NCBI GenBank assembly: GCA_027622665.1
Contig: JAQBYT010000014.1
Location: 1-64,000 of the forward strand
Length of the DNA stretch: 64,000 nucleotides
Direction: 5' to 3'
DNA from: Verrucomicrobiota bacterium
GTDB taxonomy: Bacteria > Verrucomicrobiota > Verrucomicrobiia > Opitutales > Seribacteraceae
This document shows, one piece after another, positions 42,251 through 52,407 of the stretch. A program made the position numbers and the translations under genes. The notes beneath the pieces are model-generated. The model ran no database searches. It was not told the origin of the DNA and was given only the letters and a program-made list of their open reading frames with translations. Position 1 is the first letter of the stretch. Each line of letters begins with the position of its first letter.

Positions 42251-42278
42251 AAAAAAAGGCCGCATGGGCGGCCTTTTT
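42251..42278. terminator. Bidirectional intrinsic terminator
   Basis: A7-GGCCGC-ATGG-GCGGCC-T5 hairpin between convergent genes. Confidence 0.88.
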
Positions 42279-42301
42279 GATGTTTCAAGGCTGGGTATTC
42301 G

Positions 42302-42709
42302 TTAGGTTATTGGTGTTGTAGCTTCCAATTTCAGTGAAGCAGAATTGATACAGTAACGAAGACCTGTCGGAGGAGGACCGTCCGGGAATATGTGACCGAT
42401 GTGCGATCCGCAGTTGGTGCAAGTCGCCTCTTCTCGGATCATGCCGTTACTGGTGTCCGTTCGCTTAGTTACAGTTTCGGAATCTATTGCCTCCCGGAAA
42501 CTTGGCCATCCCGAACCTGAATCGTACTTTGCCGTTGAACTGAACAGCGAAACTCCGCAAGCAACGCAGCTGTATGTCCCCTCAACCTTACAGTCCCAGT
42601 ACTTACCCGTGAAAGGTCTTTCAGTCCCACCTCCGCAACAGACAAACCGCTGTTCCTCTGTGAGGTGAGAAATGTCGCAACTTAAATTTTTCCCAGGAGA
42701 AGAACTCAT
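42302..42709 (-). CDS. msrB: Peptide-methionine (R)-sulfoxide reductase
   Basis: 'GTERPF', two CxxC motifs, 'SGSGWPSF', '[10 protein letters not shown]', 'RYCINS'. Confidence 0.96.
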   Translation of the reverse strand: MSSSPGKNLSCDISHLTEEQRFVCCGGGTERPFTGKYWDCKVEGTYSCVACGVSLFSSTAKYDSGSGWPSFREAIDSETVTKRTDTSNGMIREEATCTNCGSHIGHIFPDGPPPTGLRYCINSASLKLEATTPIT

Positions 42710-42719
42710 CAGAATGGCC

Positions 42720-43937
42720 CTATTTTCTTGGCCTTGCTCCAAAACCTCCACTGTTCCCGAATCCACGATTACGTTTGCGCGAAGCCGGGATCGAAGAAGG
42801 TAGCATCTCTGAAGGGGACTCGCGGTAAGGGAATCCTTCGAGTTCCTCTCTCGGCAACGAGTTCCCTAGCAATTTTTCGATGGCATCAACTCTAGGCAAG
42901 TCATCAGGAGAAAATAACGTAAATGCCTCTCCTTCAGTTTTTGCTCGTCCGGTTCTGCCGATTCGATGGATATAGTCTTCCGAATGCTGAGGTACATCAT
43001 AATTAATCACATGCGTTACGTTGGAAATGTCAAGTCCTCTGGAAGCAACGTCAGTGGCTGATAAAATTTTGACCTTCCCCGTCTTAAAGTCCTGAAGGGC
43101 TTTCGTCCTTTCGGATTGTCGCATGTCGGAATGTAGTACACTCACTTCTCTACCATGCTCCTGCAGCCACCTGCTTATCCTGTCGGTTCCTCTCCTTGTT
43201 TGAAAAAAGATGATCAAACTGTCGAACTTTATAGTTTTTAGAAGAGCTACCAACAAATCGAATTTCTGGATGGCGGGTACAGGAAAGAGTGCATGTCTTA
43301 CCGTTTCGGCCGCAGAAATGTTGATGTCAATTTTGATTACTGCAGGGTCCTTAAGAGCCCAGTCAGCTAATCTCCGAACTGAATCTGGTATTGTTGCCGA
43401 AAATAGTAGGGTTTGCCTAGTCCGAGGGGTCTTTTGTATAATCTTAGTTACATCTTCGATAAAGCCCATGTCCAGCATGCGGTCGACTTCGTCGAGAATC
43501 AATATTTCTATGTTCTTTAGGTTCAAGTTGCCCTGACCAATATGATCGATAAGGCGACCTGGGGTCGCCACCACGATATCGGGACCTGCTTCAAGTTGTT
43601 CGAGTTGTTTGCCATATTTCACGCCACCGTACAGCAACGCCATATTTAAACCCAAGTTCTTCCCGTAGTCCCTAAAGTTTTCTTCAATTTGAATGGCAAG
43701 TTCTCTAGTTGGCGCCAAAGCCAATACACGACAAGCGCCGTGCTTACCCAATCGATGCAAGGTCGGCAATGCAAAGGCAGCTGTTTTACCAGTTCCGGTC
43801 TGTGCGGAACCCACCAAATCACGACCCTCTAAAATAATTGGAATTGCGTCCAATTGAATAGGGGTAGGTTCTTCATAACCTCGCTCGGCAACTGTTTGAA
43901 CAATCTTATCGCTGAGACCAAGTGTGGCAAAATTCAT
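42720..43937 (-). CDS. DEAD-box RNA helicase (RhlE-like)
   Basis: Q motif, 'AQTGTGKT', 'PTRELA', 'DEVD', 'SAT', 'HRIGRTGR'. Confidence 0.95.
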   Translation of the reverse strand: MNFATLGLSDKIVQTVAERGYEEPTPIQLDAIPIILEGRDLVGSAQTGTGKTAAFALPTLHRLGKHGACRVLALAPTRELAIQIEENFRDYGKNLGLNMALLYGGVKYGKQLEQLEAGPDIVVATPGRLIDHIGQGNLNLKNIEILILDEVDRMLDMGFIEDVTKIIQKTPRTRQTLLFSATIPDSVRRLADWALKDPAVIKIDINISAAETVRHALFPVPAIQKFDLLVALLKTIKFDSLIIFFQTRRGTDRISRWLQEHGREVSVLHSDMRQSERTKALQDFKTGKVKILSATDVASRGLDISNVTHVINYDVPQHSEDYIHRIGRTGRAKTEGEAFTLFSPDDLPRVDAIEKLLGNSLPREELEGFPYRESPSEMLPSSIPASRKRNRGFGNSGGFGARPRK

Positions 43938-43997
43938 ATTTTTGTCTTTGTAATGAGGCAGGGTAGGTTATTTATCAAATAACTCGGAAGACCCAAA

Positions 43998-44819
43998 ATG
44001 GAAGTAACCCTTAAGCACAAGCATAATCCTAAATATCGAGGACGAATCGCTCCCACACCGTCAGGCTATCTCCACGAAGGTCATGCTCGAACCTTTCGTG
44101 TCGCATGGCAACGGGCACGAGATGCAGGAGGTGCGTTAATCTTTCGAAACGACGACCTTGATGCCGATCGATGTCGACCTGAATTCGCAAGGGCTGCGAT
44201 CGAGGATCTCAGGAGTTTGGGATTGGATTGGGATGAAGGTCCTGATGTCGGTGGAACTTATGGTCCGTACAGCCAAAGTGAAAGGGATGAACATTACCTC
44301 GACGCATGGCAAACATTAAGAGATTCAGGTATGATTTATCCATGCAGAAGTTCGCGAAGTGAGATAAAAGCCTTCAATCAAAAGTCAATGGATGGAGAAG
44401 AATTTCTTTTTCCACCTCAGCTACAACCCCAAGAAACCGAATTACCACTACCCAAAGCACCAGGTAAAGTAAATTGGAGGTTTCGTACGACTCCATCGGA
44501 AGAAATTTCATTTATGGATAGAAATTTAGGCGTACAAATACTTAAAGTAGGAGAAGATTTATCCGATTTTATAATTTGGCGAAAGAATGGACGACCATCG
44601 TACGAATTGGCTACGGTAGTCGATGAAATAACTATGTGCATCACTGAAATTGTTCGTGGCTCTGACTTACTTAAGTCATCAGCGAGGCAGACTCTTGTTT
44701 TTTCGGCTTTAGAGGCAACTCCGCCAGAATTTTATCACTGTGAAATAATGATGGACGAGAATGGTCGAAAACTGTCTAAGTCTGATAGAACTCTACCTCG
44801 ACTCTCTCTTTCTTTTTGA
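43998..44819 (+). CDS. gluQ: Glutamyl-Q tRNA(Asp) synthetase-like protein (GluRS catalytic domain only)
   Basis: 'RIAPTPSGYLHEGH', 'DWDEGP', 'Y.QSER', 'VRGSDL', 'LSKS'; no anticodon-binding domain. Confidence 0.85.
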   Translation: MEVTLKHKHNPKYRGRIAPTPSGYLHEGHARTFRVAWQRARDAGGALIFRNDDLDADRCRPEFARAAIEDLRSLGLDWDEGPDVGGTYGPYSQSERDEHYLDAWQTLRDSGMIYPCRSSRSEIKAFNQKSMDGEEFLFPPQLQPQETELPLPKAPGKVNWRFRTTPSEEISFMDRNLGVQILKVGEDLSDFIIWRKNGRPSYELATVVDEITMCITEIVRGSDLLKSSARQTLVFSALEATPPEFYHCEIMMDENGRKLSKSDRTLPRLSLSF

Positions 44820-45653
44820 GTATTCTTTAGCTTTCACAACTGATAGGAATTCATACTGTCCGTGGAGACGAGCAAAGACATAACCCGGCCATCCGTCTAA
44901 AAAACCTTTTTGCCAGATGTATACGTAAAGAAAGCGTAATGTCGGACGAAAAGGTAGCATCCTGAAAATCCTTCGTAAGCGCCTTTTGACCTTCACCTGG
45001 TCGTTCTGGAGTGAATGCGGATCGTCCTTACATGTGCTCTCGACCACTGCTTCCCAATTGGAATAGCGATTATGCTTTTCCACAAAGCTCTCAATGGTAG
45101 GAAACGCGTGATGGTCCATGATGGTTCGAAGTCTTCCCGTTGTTCCTTTCACCACAATATGCTCGTGGATCTCATGATCCCCGCTGCCCGTTTCGGCCTC
45201 AGTGATTTTCTCGTATTTTCCCAACCGATGTTTGAACAAGCGTAGGTTCCAGTTCGGAAAGTACGCATGCCGCAGTGGACGTCCCATGAAGAAATAGCGT
45301 CGGTTAATCCAATAACCCGCATTGGTGACTTGTGGGTTTTGTACTATCTCACGAATTTCTTCTTCCGCTTCCGGAGGCAGGCATTCGTCCGCATCGAGAA
45401 TGAGCACCCATTTGTTTTCGAAGGGAAGGTTTTCTATAGCCCAGTTCTTTTTTTTTGGCCACCCGCCTTTGTAGTGAAACTGAACGACTTTAGCTCCAAG
45501 ATTTTCAGCAATCTCAACGGTACGATCCGTGCTTTGAGAATCGACCACGAAAGCTTCGTCGACCCATGGCACCGAGTTCAAGCATCGCTTAATGTTGCCC
45601 TCCTCGTTCTTGCAAGGAACAATTAATGAAACCTGAACTGTAGAGGAATTCAC
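44793..45653 (-). CDS. Glycosyltransferase family 2
   Basis: 'IVPCKNEE', 'VDSQSTD', 'LDADE', 'HEH', 'KHNRYS', 'GFLDG'. Confidence 0.92.
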   Translation of the reverse strand: MNSSTVQVSLIVPCKNEEGNIKRCLNSVPWVDEAFVVDSQSTDRTVEIAENLGAKVVQFHYKGGWPKKKNWAIENLPFENKWVLILDADECLPPEAEEEIREIVQNPQVTNAGYWINRRYFFMGRPLRHAYFPNWNLRLFKHRLGKYEKITEAETGSGDHEIHEHIVVKGTTGRLRTIMDHHAFPTIESFVEKHNRYSNWEAVVESTCKDDPHSLQNDQVKVKRRLRRIFRMLPFRPTLRFLYVYIWQKGFLDGWPGYVFARLHGQYEFLSVVKAKEYSKRKRESR

Positions 45654-46501
45654 GATTCTAGGATTTTCCGAATTTTCGATTCAGCGAGAGGACCATTCGG
45701 ATGCCATGCGAATAGGTTGTTTGTTTTAGTACCAACGGATTCATTTCTTTCAGCATCCAAAATAGAGTAACCTAAATCTTTCAGGAAGTCTATTGCCTGT
45801 TCTTGCTTTGGAGGAAAGGACTCCATGATGATAAGAGGTTTGTCGCTTTTTAGGGAACTTTTACCGCCGCGCAATACTTCGTTCTCGTGACCCTCGACGT
45901 CGATTTTGATTAAGTGAGGTTTTGTTTGCTCTGTTACAAATGAATCAAGAGTTTCACGTCGGACATCGATAGTTGTAGTTGCATGACCGAGATATTTTTC
46001 TACCCAAGGTGTATCTCCGTTCGATATCATCCCGGTCGCAGAGGTATACGAATCCTTTTGAAAGCATACTTGCCCTGCTTTATCGCTCAGGGCTACTCCC
46101 TCTATTCTTACATTTTTCAAGTCGGAGTTAGAGATAGTCATACGAAGGAGTTCAATGTTCTCGGGGTCGGGTTCAAAGGCGATGACGGAAGCGTCTGAGC
46201 TTGCCTCTGAAATCTGCCAGGCATATCTCCCGTGATTTGCTCCAACGTCATAGAAGTTGATAGCAGGTTCAATCTTCTTCAGTGCTCCGATGAGTAATCC
46301 GAATAAGTTCGTGATCTCCGGTTCTATCTTACTCTTGTTCCATCGCACGGATGCATGGGTAACCGGTCGTATGGCGACAGGGAATCGATATCCAATGTTA
46401 CATAACTTTGGTTTGTTGAAGCGGCTTTGCAAAAGTTTTGAAAATGCACGGGTTTTCCGCAAACAGTGCAAAGGAGAAGAAAAGAAAAGGGGGATGTCCA
46501 C
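45650..46501 (-). CDS. FkbM family methyltransferase
   Basis: 'YDVGANHG', 'AFEPDP', 'IKIDVEGHE'. Confidence 0.9.
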   Translation of the reverse strand: MDIPLFFSSPLHCLRKTRAFSKLLQSRFNKPKLCNIGYRFPVAIRPVTHASVRWNKSKIEPEITNLFGLLIGALKKIEPAINFYDVGANHGRYAWQISEASSDASVIAFEPDPENIELLRMTISNSDLKNVRIEGVALSDKAGQVCFQKDSYTSATGMISNGDTPWVEKYLGHATTTIDVRRETLDSFVTEQTKPHLIKIDVEGHENEVLRGGKSSLKSDKPLIIMESFPPKQEQAIDFLKDLGYSILDAERNESVGTKTNNLFAWHPNGPLAESKIRKILES

Positions 46502-47637
46502 TACTTTGATTCAACCAGCCTTTGGTATAAGTTTTCATAAGCTTGGGCGCATTCCCTTGCTTTGGGAATATGTGGCGGTGGTCCATTTGTCCTATCGGCA
46601 TCCAAGACCTCTTTGATTTTTGCAACTATGTCTTTTGTGCTCATGGGATCGACGTAAGTGGCGGACGATCCCAGAATGTCATCCATTGCACCAGTTCTCG
46701 ACGCTATAACGGAACACCCCAAGGATCTAGCCTCCAAGGGAGGCCAGCCAAATCCTTCTATTAGGGAAGGAAATATCAATGCATTGGCGTGTTCGTAGAG
46801 GGTTTGGAGTCCGGATTCGGATAAATCGGAAAGGACTATCAACTCATTGGGGTTATTTTTAAGCCACCTCTCTGTTTTCTCAGTCAGTTCTTCCGGTTGA
46901 GGCACCGGACCAACGAGAACGAGCTTAAGATTATTGAAGTTCCCTCCTTCTTTTACATCAACAAAGGCTTTAAACAGTCTCTTCCTGTTTTTGTACCACG
47001 CTGAACTTCCAACATGCAAAAGGAAGCTAGTCCCCATCAGGTTGAATGGCAGTTCTCCGATGGAATTGTCGTCGACACGTTTCGATTGAACTCCGAGATG
47101 AATCACAGCCGAACGACCTTTTGAGGAGGGTGTGATTCGATTCAAATCCATTTCCGTCCGGGATGAATCGCAGCCATAGGCATCAGCATAGGAAAGTGAG
47201 CGATGAATCCAATTTTGCAACCGTTTACCATTCGCAGATGTTTTGGGGGCTTTGGGGAATTCGTTCCGAGCGGTCCGTAGAGCGATCAAGTCATGGCAAG
47301 TCAACAGCTTTGGTATCGATGTGAGCCTTTTGATCTTCGGTAGGTAAACGGAATTGGAGTGATCGATAACGTGTGCAAGCTCGATTGGGTTTGACTTGCA
47401 TTGTAAGCGACGGGTCAGGGATCGAGGAAACAAAAGGTACTTGTCGAGGTAGCCTGCCCATTTTTTCCAATTGTCCGATGGGCAGAGCTTGCGGAGATGG
47501 GCTTTCGGGTGAATCTCCTCGAGGTTCACTCCATCTTCTGGAAGGTGGGATAGGAGCAAGTCTGCAAAACGGAGCATGCTTCGCTGCCGGTCTTCACGGT
47601 AGTTGGTAAGCAGAAGAACTCGAATGGCCTTAGCCAT
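46501..47637 (-). CDS. Glycosyltransferase family 4
   Basis: 'LLTCHDLIA', 'HVGSSAWYKNR', 'FPSLIEGFGWPPLEA'. Confidence 0.9.
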   Translation of the reverse strand: MAKAIRVLLLTNYREDRQRSMLRFADLLLSHLPEDGVNLEEIHPKAHLRKLCPSDNWKKWAGYLDKYLLFPRSLTRRLQCKSNPIELAHVIDHSNSVYLPKIKRLTSIPKLLTCHDLIALRTARNEFPKAPKTSANGKRLQNWIHRSLSYADAYGCDSSRTEMDLNRITPSSKGRSAVIHLGVQSKRVDDNSIGELPFNLMGTSFLLHVGSSAWYKNRKRLFKAFVDVKEGGNFNNLKLVLVGPVPQPEELTEKTERWLKNNPNELIVLSDLSESGLQTLYEHANALIFPSLIEGFGWPPLEARSLGCSVIASRTGAMDDILGSSATYVDPMSTKDIVAKIKEVLDADRTNGPPPHIPKARECAQAYENLYQRLVESK

Positions 47638-48965
47638 TAAGCTGGTTTCTTGGCTAGGGCGGCGGCAAGACATAAGCCACTACCAAAAGCTGCAAATCCA
47701 AGGTTTGTAGATTGCCCTAAGGGACTAAACAGAATTATTGGGCCGGCAGCACCAAATAAGAATATGGGGAGGTAACTGTCTTTTTTTATGCAATTGATGC
47801 ATGTTTTTAGCAAATCTTTCGCAATCCAAATTCTCCACAGCACAAAAAGAATTCCTATCAGGAATCCATTTTCAATTATTGGTCGAGACCAAGAGAGTTC
47901 TGCATGGCCAAATTGGCCTGAATACCTTGCTCCAACTCGTGTAGCAGTTCCAAGACCATTGCCAAAGAAGTCCGTGTACTGTGCATAATAGTAGGGAGAT
48001 GAAATGATATCCCAATAACGTTTGAAATAAGCTTCGGTGGGGGTTCCTTCTATATTTGCCGCCTCTTCGAAGCGTAAACTAAGGAAATCAAGCCCTTCCG
48101 TGAACAGATCTAGTTGTGTGTAAAGAAGTAACGTAATGGCGGAAAAGCCAAAGACGGTCGCGGCGATTTTTCCGAATTCCTGAGGACGAAAGTAGGCAAG
48201 AAATCCAAAGCATGCAAGGACTTGGAGAGATTCTGCAATTACCGCTCGGCTTCCTGCAGTTACCATCGCCAGAAATGTGGCTCCGGTTCCCAAGTATAGT
48301 AACCATTTTGGAAAAGTGTTCTTTTGCAGAAACCCGTAAATAATGAATGCAACAGTGAAACAGTAGTAGAAAACGATCCCGCTGACGAAAGAGAAGAATC
48401 CGGATGCGCGGACTTTATCTCCGGAGGTCATCATTTGGTGCCCGGTGCCTCCTGCTGCTACATTAATGCGGTCCGTCCTGTCAGCTTGGAATTGTTCCGC
48501 CACCACCCAAGTCATTGGGAGTGCGAAGAAAAGGAACGCCCAGCCAAAGGAAAGCACATCTTTCTTGGTTAGCACCTTGGCCATAATGAAGATTAACGGC
48601 ATGTGCAAAAGATTGGATCGAACTCCGTAGGCAATGGCACGCGGATCGGCTTGGTTAATTAGGAATGACATTGTCACTGCTAGTAATGTCCACTGGAATA
48701 ATCTTTGAATGTATTTGTTTTCTAGGGGAAAAATTCCATGGATGCAGGCCAAATAATAAATCCAGATAACGAATGGATCTCTAATTATCAGAAGTGCGTC
48801 CGACATCCAACCCGTTAGGATCCACTTCCTTGCCCCACCCTCAAAAATTAGAAGCAAAAAATAGACCCAGATGAGTTTACGTATGAACCCATAGTCCGCC
48901 ACCTCGGTCATGATCCTCTTTCGTGGGAGGGGGACTTTTAGACTACTGGTTCCCGCGGTGTTCAT
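47637..48965 (-). CDS. Polytopic membrane protein, candidate Wzy-like polymerase/ligase
   Basis: About 11-12 TMs, 'LLIFEGGARKW', 'RASGFFS', 'GSRA', periplasmic loop 'GNGLG'; lies inside the glycan cluster. Confidence 0.6.
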   Translation of the reverse strand: MNTAGTSSLKVPLPRKRIMTEVADYGFIRKLIWVYFLLLIFEGGARKWILTGWMSDALLIIRDPFVIWIYYLACIHGIFPLENKYIQRLFQWTLLAVTMSFLINQADPRAIAYGVRSNLLHMPLIFIMAKVLTKKDVLSFGWAFLFFALPMTWVVAEQFQADRTDRINVAAGGTGHQMMTSGDKVRASGFFSFVSGIVFYYCFTVAFIIYGFLQKNTFPKWLLYLGTGATFLAMVTAGSRAVIAESLQVLACFGFLAYFRPQEFGKIAATVFGFSAITLLLYTQLDLFTEGLDFLSLRFEEAANIEGTPTEAYFKRYWDIISSPYYYAQYTDFFGNGLGTATRVGARYSGQFGHAELSWSRPIIENGFLIGILFVLWRIWIAKDLLKTCINCIKKDSYLPIFLFGAAGPIILFSPLGQSTNLGFAAFGSGLCLAAALAKKPA

Positions 48966-48998
48966 GATCGGTCGAGTATCGTGCCTTGCCTCTGGCTT

Positions 48999-50201
48999 TC
49001 ACAAGCAAAAGTCCACTACTTTCTTGGCGTAGGCGGACCAAGGGTAATTCCGTGCTGTCTCTTGGCAAAACTGCCCCATCTCATGCCGTTCTACTCGATG
49101 GTTTAGAAACCACTCGATCCGTTCCGCCAAGATTTGGGGTTGTCTAATGGGAATGAGGAATCCGGTTCTGCCCTCCTCGATCAAGTCCTCTCCGCCTGCA
49201 TTGGGGGTAACCAAGAGGGGGAGTCCGCATGACAGGGCTTCCTGTTGCACCAGAGCCCGACCTTCGACGATGGATGGCAACACGAGGACATCGTGTTCTT
49301 CCATGGTACTTCTTACCTGCTCGTTGGAGCAGGGGGGGATGTATTCGAATCGGGAGTAGCGGGTGCGATAAAAGCTCATGGGCATGGAGGGTTGGCCAAG
49401 TATGGTCAGGGTAATAGCGTTCGTATTGAGCTGGTACATTGCTTCGAACAAATCGGCTAAACCCTTGCGTTGGCTCATCGATCCAACAAAGAGTAGTTTG
49501 AGCGGCCCTTGTGAGCGTCGCTCCGAAGCGTTCTCAGCAGGTGAACCGCTCGGGGGACTCCCGAACGGAGCGACTTGACAGGGCTTCTCCGCCCTAATCT
49601 TCTCAGGGATGGAGCGAAGCACGAACTCGCTTGGGCAGGTGATGCAATCGGCGAGGGATAGCTCTGTCTCCTTGCGAGCGAGCTTGTTTTCTGGTTCGCG
49701 GGTACTTTCTAGGGTCGGTTCCCAGTCGGGTAGACGTTCGGCCTCTTCCGCGAGCAATCGGCGAACCGTTGCCCAATGGGCGATGGGCATTTCGTATGAC
49801 CTTCTAATGCCAAGTTCTTTTGCCATCCGGAAACTTTCAGCGGCGCCATCCTCATAGGCATGCAGGGAGACACCCGGGTAGCGATGAAGTTCTTTGGCGA
49901 CTTTTCGATCCAAGGATTCGTAGGATTGATCCACACGACTTCTGCGTCGTTCTTGGCAACCTTGACCGAAGGGCAACAAGCGACAAGCTTCCGGAAACCA
50001 TTGCCTCGAGATTCTTGGGTCGGGTATGGAGTACTTGCGTCGAGAGCCGAGGATTTGTGTGAGTGGGCGGGCTTCCTTGCCGATTCCGATTGTCGTGTAG
50101 AATTTCTCTAACTGGCCTAACGAATCAAGTTCCTCGACGAGCGCACGAACGAAGCTATTGCCGGTCGGGTGTGATACGATGATGCGGGGACTGAGAGTCA
50201 T
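48999..50201 (-). CDS. Glycosyltransferase family 4
   Basis: Start 'MTLSPRIIVSHPTGN' (ATGA overlap); 'FVGSMSQRKG', 'LPSIVEGRALVQQEA'. Confidence 0.9.
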   Translation of the reverse strand: MTLSPRIIVSHPTGNSFVRALVEELDSLGQLEKFYTTIGIGKEARPLTQILGSRRKYSIPDPRISRQWFPEACRLLPFGQGCQERRRSRVDQSYESLDRKVAKELHRYPGVSLHAYEDGAAESFRMAKELGIRRSYEMPIAHWATVRRLLAEEAERLPDWEPTLESTREPENKLARKETELSLADCITCPSEFVLRSIPEKIRAEKPCQVAPFGSPPSGSPAENASERRSQGPLKLLFVGSMSQRKGLADLFEAMYQLNTNAITLTILGQPSMPMSFYRTRYSRFEYIPPCSNEQVRSTMEEHDVLVLPSIVEGRALVQQEALSCGLPLLVTPNAGGEDLIEEGRTGFLIPIRQPQILAERIEWFLNHRVERHEMGQFCQETARNYPWSAYAKKVVDFCL

Positions 50202-51307
50202 GCTTTTCGCAATCGATTCCTCGACCACTGATGGATGGGGCGTTCCACCAACAGGAAAAAGAGCCAAGCTAGGAAGCAAACCGGGATCAAATAAGCTAGT
50301 GAGACTAAGAAATTCGCCGGTTTTTCGCCGAAGCATGAGCGGTGGAGGTAGCCGAAGAGTTTGAACAAGGGAAAATGCAAAAGATAAAGAGAGAAAGAAA
50401 TCTTTCCTAACCAGGCAAGGACGGCCAACGCTTTGGAGAAGAAAATACGGCTAAGCATTTCCTGATGAGCTAGCGAGAAGATGAATAAAAAAAGATAAAA
50501 ATCAATCCAGAGAAAGTATTGAATCCATGAATCCCAGTTATAGAGTCGACTGGCCAGAGCCAATGAGAGGGTGATCCCTCCCGCAGGCAACAAAAGTGGT
50601 AACGGGATTGCCGAGAGCTTTCGATCGCGGTGCAACTGTGCGACCCATGCTCCCAGTAACCATGTCGGCCAAAAAAAAAGGGAGGTAAAGGAAGGCCAAG
50701 ATGTTCCTTGGGCATTCAAAAAAACGCTCCATCCGCACAGACCAAAGGCCAAGACACCAAGAGTCCAGGAACGGAGTTGGGAAAACAAGCAAAAGGCCAG
50801 TGGATAGAGCAGGTAGAATTCGATCTCTAATGGAATCGTCCACAAGGAGGGATTACTCAAAAATTGCCCGACGCCCGGAGGATAATTTTGGGAAAAGGTG
50901 GCCACTCGAATGATCCGATCTGGGTCCCATGTCGTGTCTCCCCATTGAATGTGGCAGTAATAGCTTATAGCCATGGTAACTAAAAGAGCCACCAAGTAGG
51001 GCGGACAAACTCTCCATAACCTTCGCAGGAAGTATGTTTTCCATATCGGCCGAGAATTATTCAAGGTATTCGGATAGTGGATGCAAAATCCGCTGATCAG
51101 GAAAAACAGGAGGATGGAATAACCAAGAAAAGGGGTGGGGATCGACAGCCATGCAATCGCTTTGGAAAAGGCAGAGTATTCGTTAGGGTAATGCTTTATT
51201 CTCCACCATCCGACCCAAAGATCTACACGAATATGGAATAACAAAATCCCAAGGCAGGACAGCCCTCGGAGCAGATCGATTACGGGCACTCGGTCATTCC
51301 CCCTCAT
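50198..51307 (-). CDS. Acyltransferase family 3 (membrane O-acyltransferase)
   Basis: 'IDLLRG', 'FFLISGF', 'RRLWR', 'WTI..EIEFY', 'GKISFSLYLLH'. Confidence 0.9.
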   Translation of the reverse strand: MRGNDRVPVIDLLRGLSCLGILLFHIRVDLWVGWWRIKHYPNEYSAFSKAIAWLSIPTPFLGYSILLFFLISGFCIHYPNTLNNSRPIWKTYFLRRLWRVCPPYLVALLVTMAISYYCHIQWGDTTWDPDRIIRVATFSQNYPPGVGQFLSNPSLWTIPLEIEFYLLYPLAFCLFSQLRSWTLGVLAFGLCGWSVFLNAQGTSWPSFTSLFFWPTWLLGAWVAQLHRDRKLSAIPLPLLLPAGGITLSLALASRLYNWDSWIQYFLWIDFYLFLFIFSLAHQEMLSRIFFSKALAVLAWLGKISFSLYLLHFPLFKLFGYLHRSCFGEKPANFLVSLAYLIPVCFLAWLFFLLVERPIHQWSRNRLRKA

Positions 51308-52407
51308 TTTCTTCCAAGCAAGGTCAAGTATTGGCTGGCATATTCATCCAAGGGACGTACGTAATCTTCAAATCCTATTTTTGAGAGTCTACACATTTTC
51401 TCGTATGTTTTCTCATCCGTCTTCGTTGCTTTGCGTAAGCATTCGAGGAGGGAATCCACATCTCCGGGGACGCATCGTAGGGCATGTGGTCCACCAGTTT
51501 CTTTGACACCGCCGTCCGTGCTTACTATGCATGGCACGCCCACGGAGCGAGCTTCTAGAGGCGTAAGGCCAAGGTCCTCCTTAGTGTTTGGAGGGGTAAC
51601 CATCCATTTGGCCTTTCGGGTGTAGGCGTGTCGTTGTTTCTCGGATACGAAACCAGGGAGTTCAACGCCTTGGATATTTTGTTCGCGAATCAGACCCTCG
51701 ACCTCGGACCTAAGCGGGCCATCACCAAGTAAAACGAGGGGCCAGTCTTCCGGATCGGGGGAAAGTCGGTGGTAAGCCTCGAGCAAGATTCGAATTCCTT
51801 TGTTCGGTACCCAGCGTCCGAGAAAAAGAAACCCATTCCTTTTGTTGGGTGATGTTTCCGCGCTTGGCATCCGCGATACCACAGGCAATCGAGCACTGCC
51901 GATTCGGCGGCGCTTTTCCCAAGTATCCCATACGAATTCTGAAATATACCACCTGCGATCCGCATTTAGGACAGCCCATCGCCAAGCCAACAGACGGGGG
52001 TGGAGCCCTTTTCTTCGCCAATTGTAGATCGTCATTACGCAAGGAATTTTTCTTTTCTTCGCCCACCACACGCCCTCGATCATTGGGTTGTGAAGGTGGA
52101 CCAAATTGCATGCCTCAATACCATCCCTGATCTTTGGGCTTCCTCGGTTGACGTACTCGCTCGAGAATCGGTTTCGTTGTTCGATTGTCCATTCATTGAG
52201 AATTTCCTCTTCACATCTATCGATGGATGTATCGGCAGCAAATCCCGTCACCCTCTTGCGAAGCAGATGTACGGATGCACCGCGTTTCACGAGGTCTTCG
52301 ATCAAGGTCAGGCAAAAGGTCTCGATACCCCCGAATCGTCCTAAGCAGGGAGCGATCATCAGGATGCGGATTCCGGAGAGTTCCGTGCACTTGGGGAGGT
52401 TTACCAT
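51304..52407 (-). CDS. Glycosyltransferase family 4
   Basis: 'GGIE', 'FLGRWVPNKG', 'EDLGLTPLEA'. Confidence 0.88.
   Translation of the reverse strand: MVNLPKCTELSGIRILMIAPCLGRFGGIETFCLTLIEDLVKRGASVHLLRKRVTGFAADTSIDRCEEEILNEWTIEQRNRFSSEYVNRGSPKIRDGIEACNLVHLHNPMIEGVWWAKKRKIPCVMTIYNWRRKGLHPRLLAWRWAVLNADRRWYISEFVWDTWEKRRRIGSARLPVVSRMPSAETSPNKRNGFLFLGRWVPNKGIRILLEAYHRLSPDPEDWPLVLLGDGPLRSEVEGLIREQNIQGVELPGFVSEKQRHAYTRKAKWMVTPPNTKEDLGLTPLEARSVGVPCIVSTDGGVKETGGPHALRCVPGDVDSLLECLRKATKTDEKTYEKMCRLSKIGFEDYVRPLDEYASQYLTLLGRK

Noticed and set aside
42720..43937. DEVD instead of DEAD as a sign of an unusual helicase
   Set aside because: It is a common motif II variant and all other motifs are canonical.
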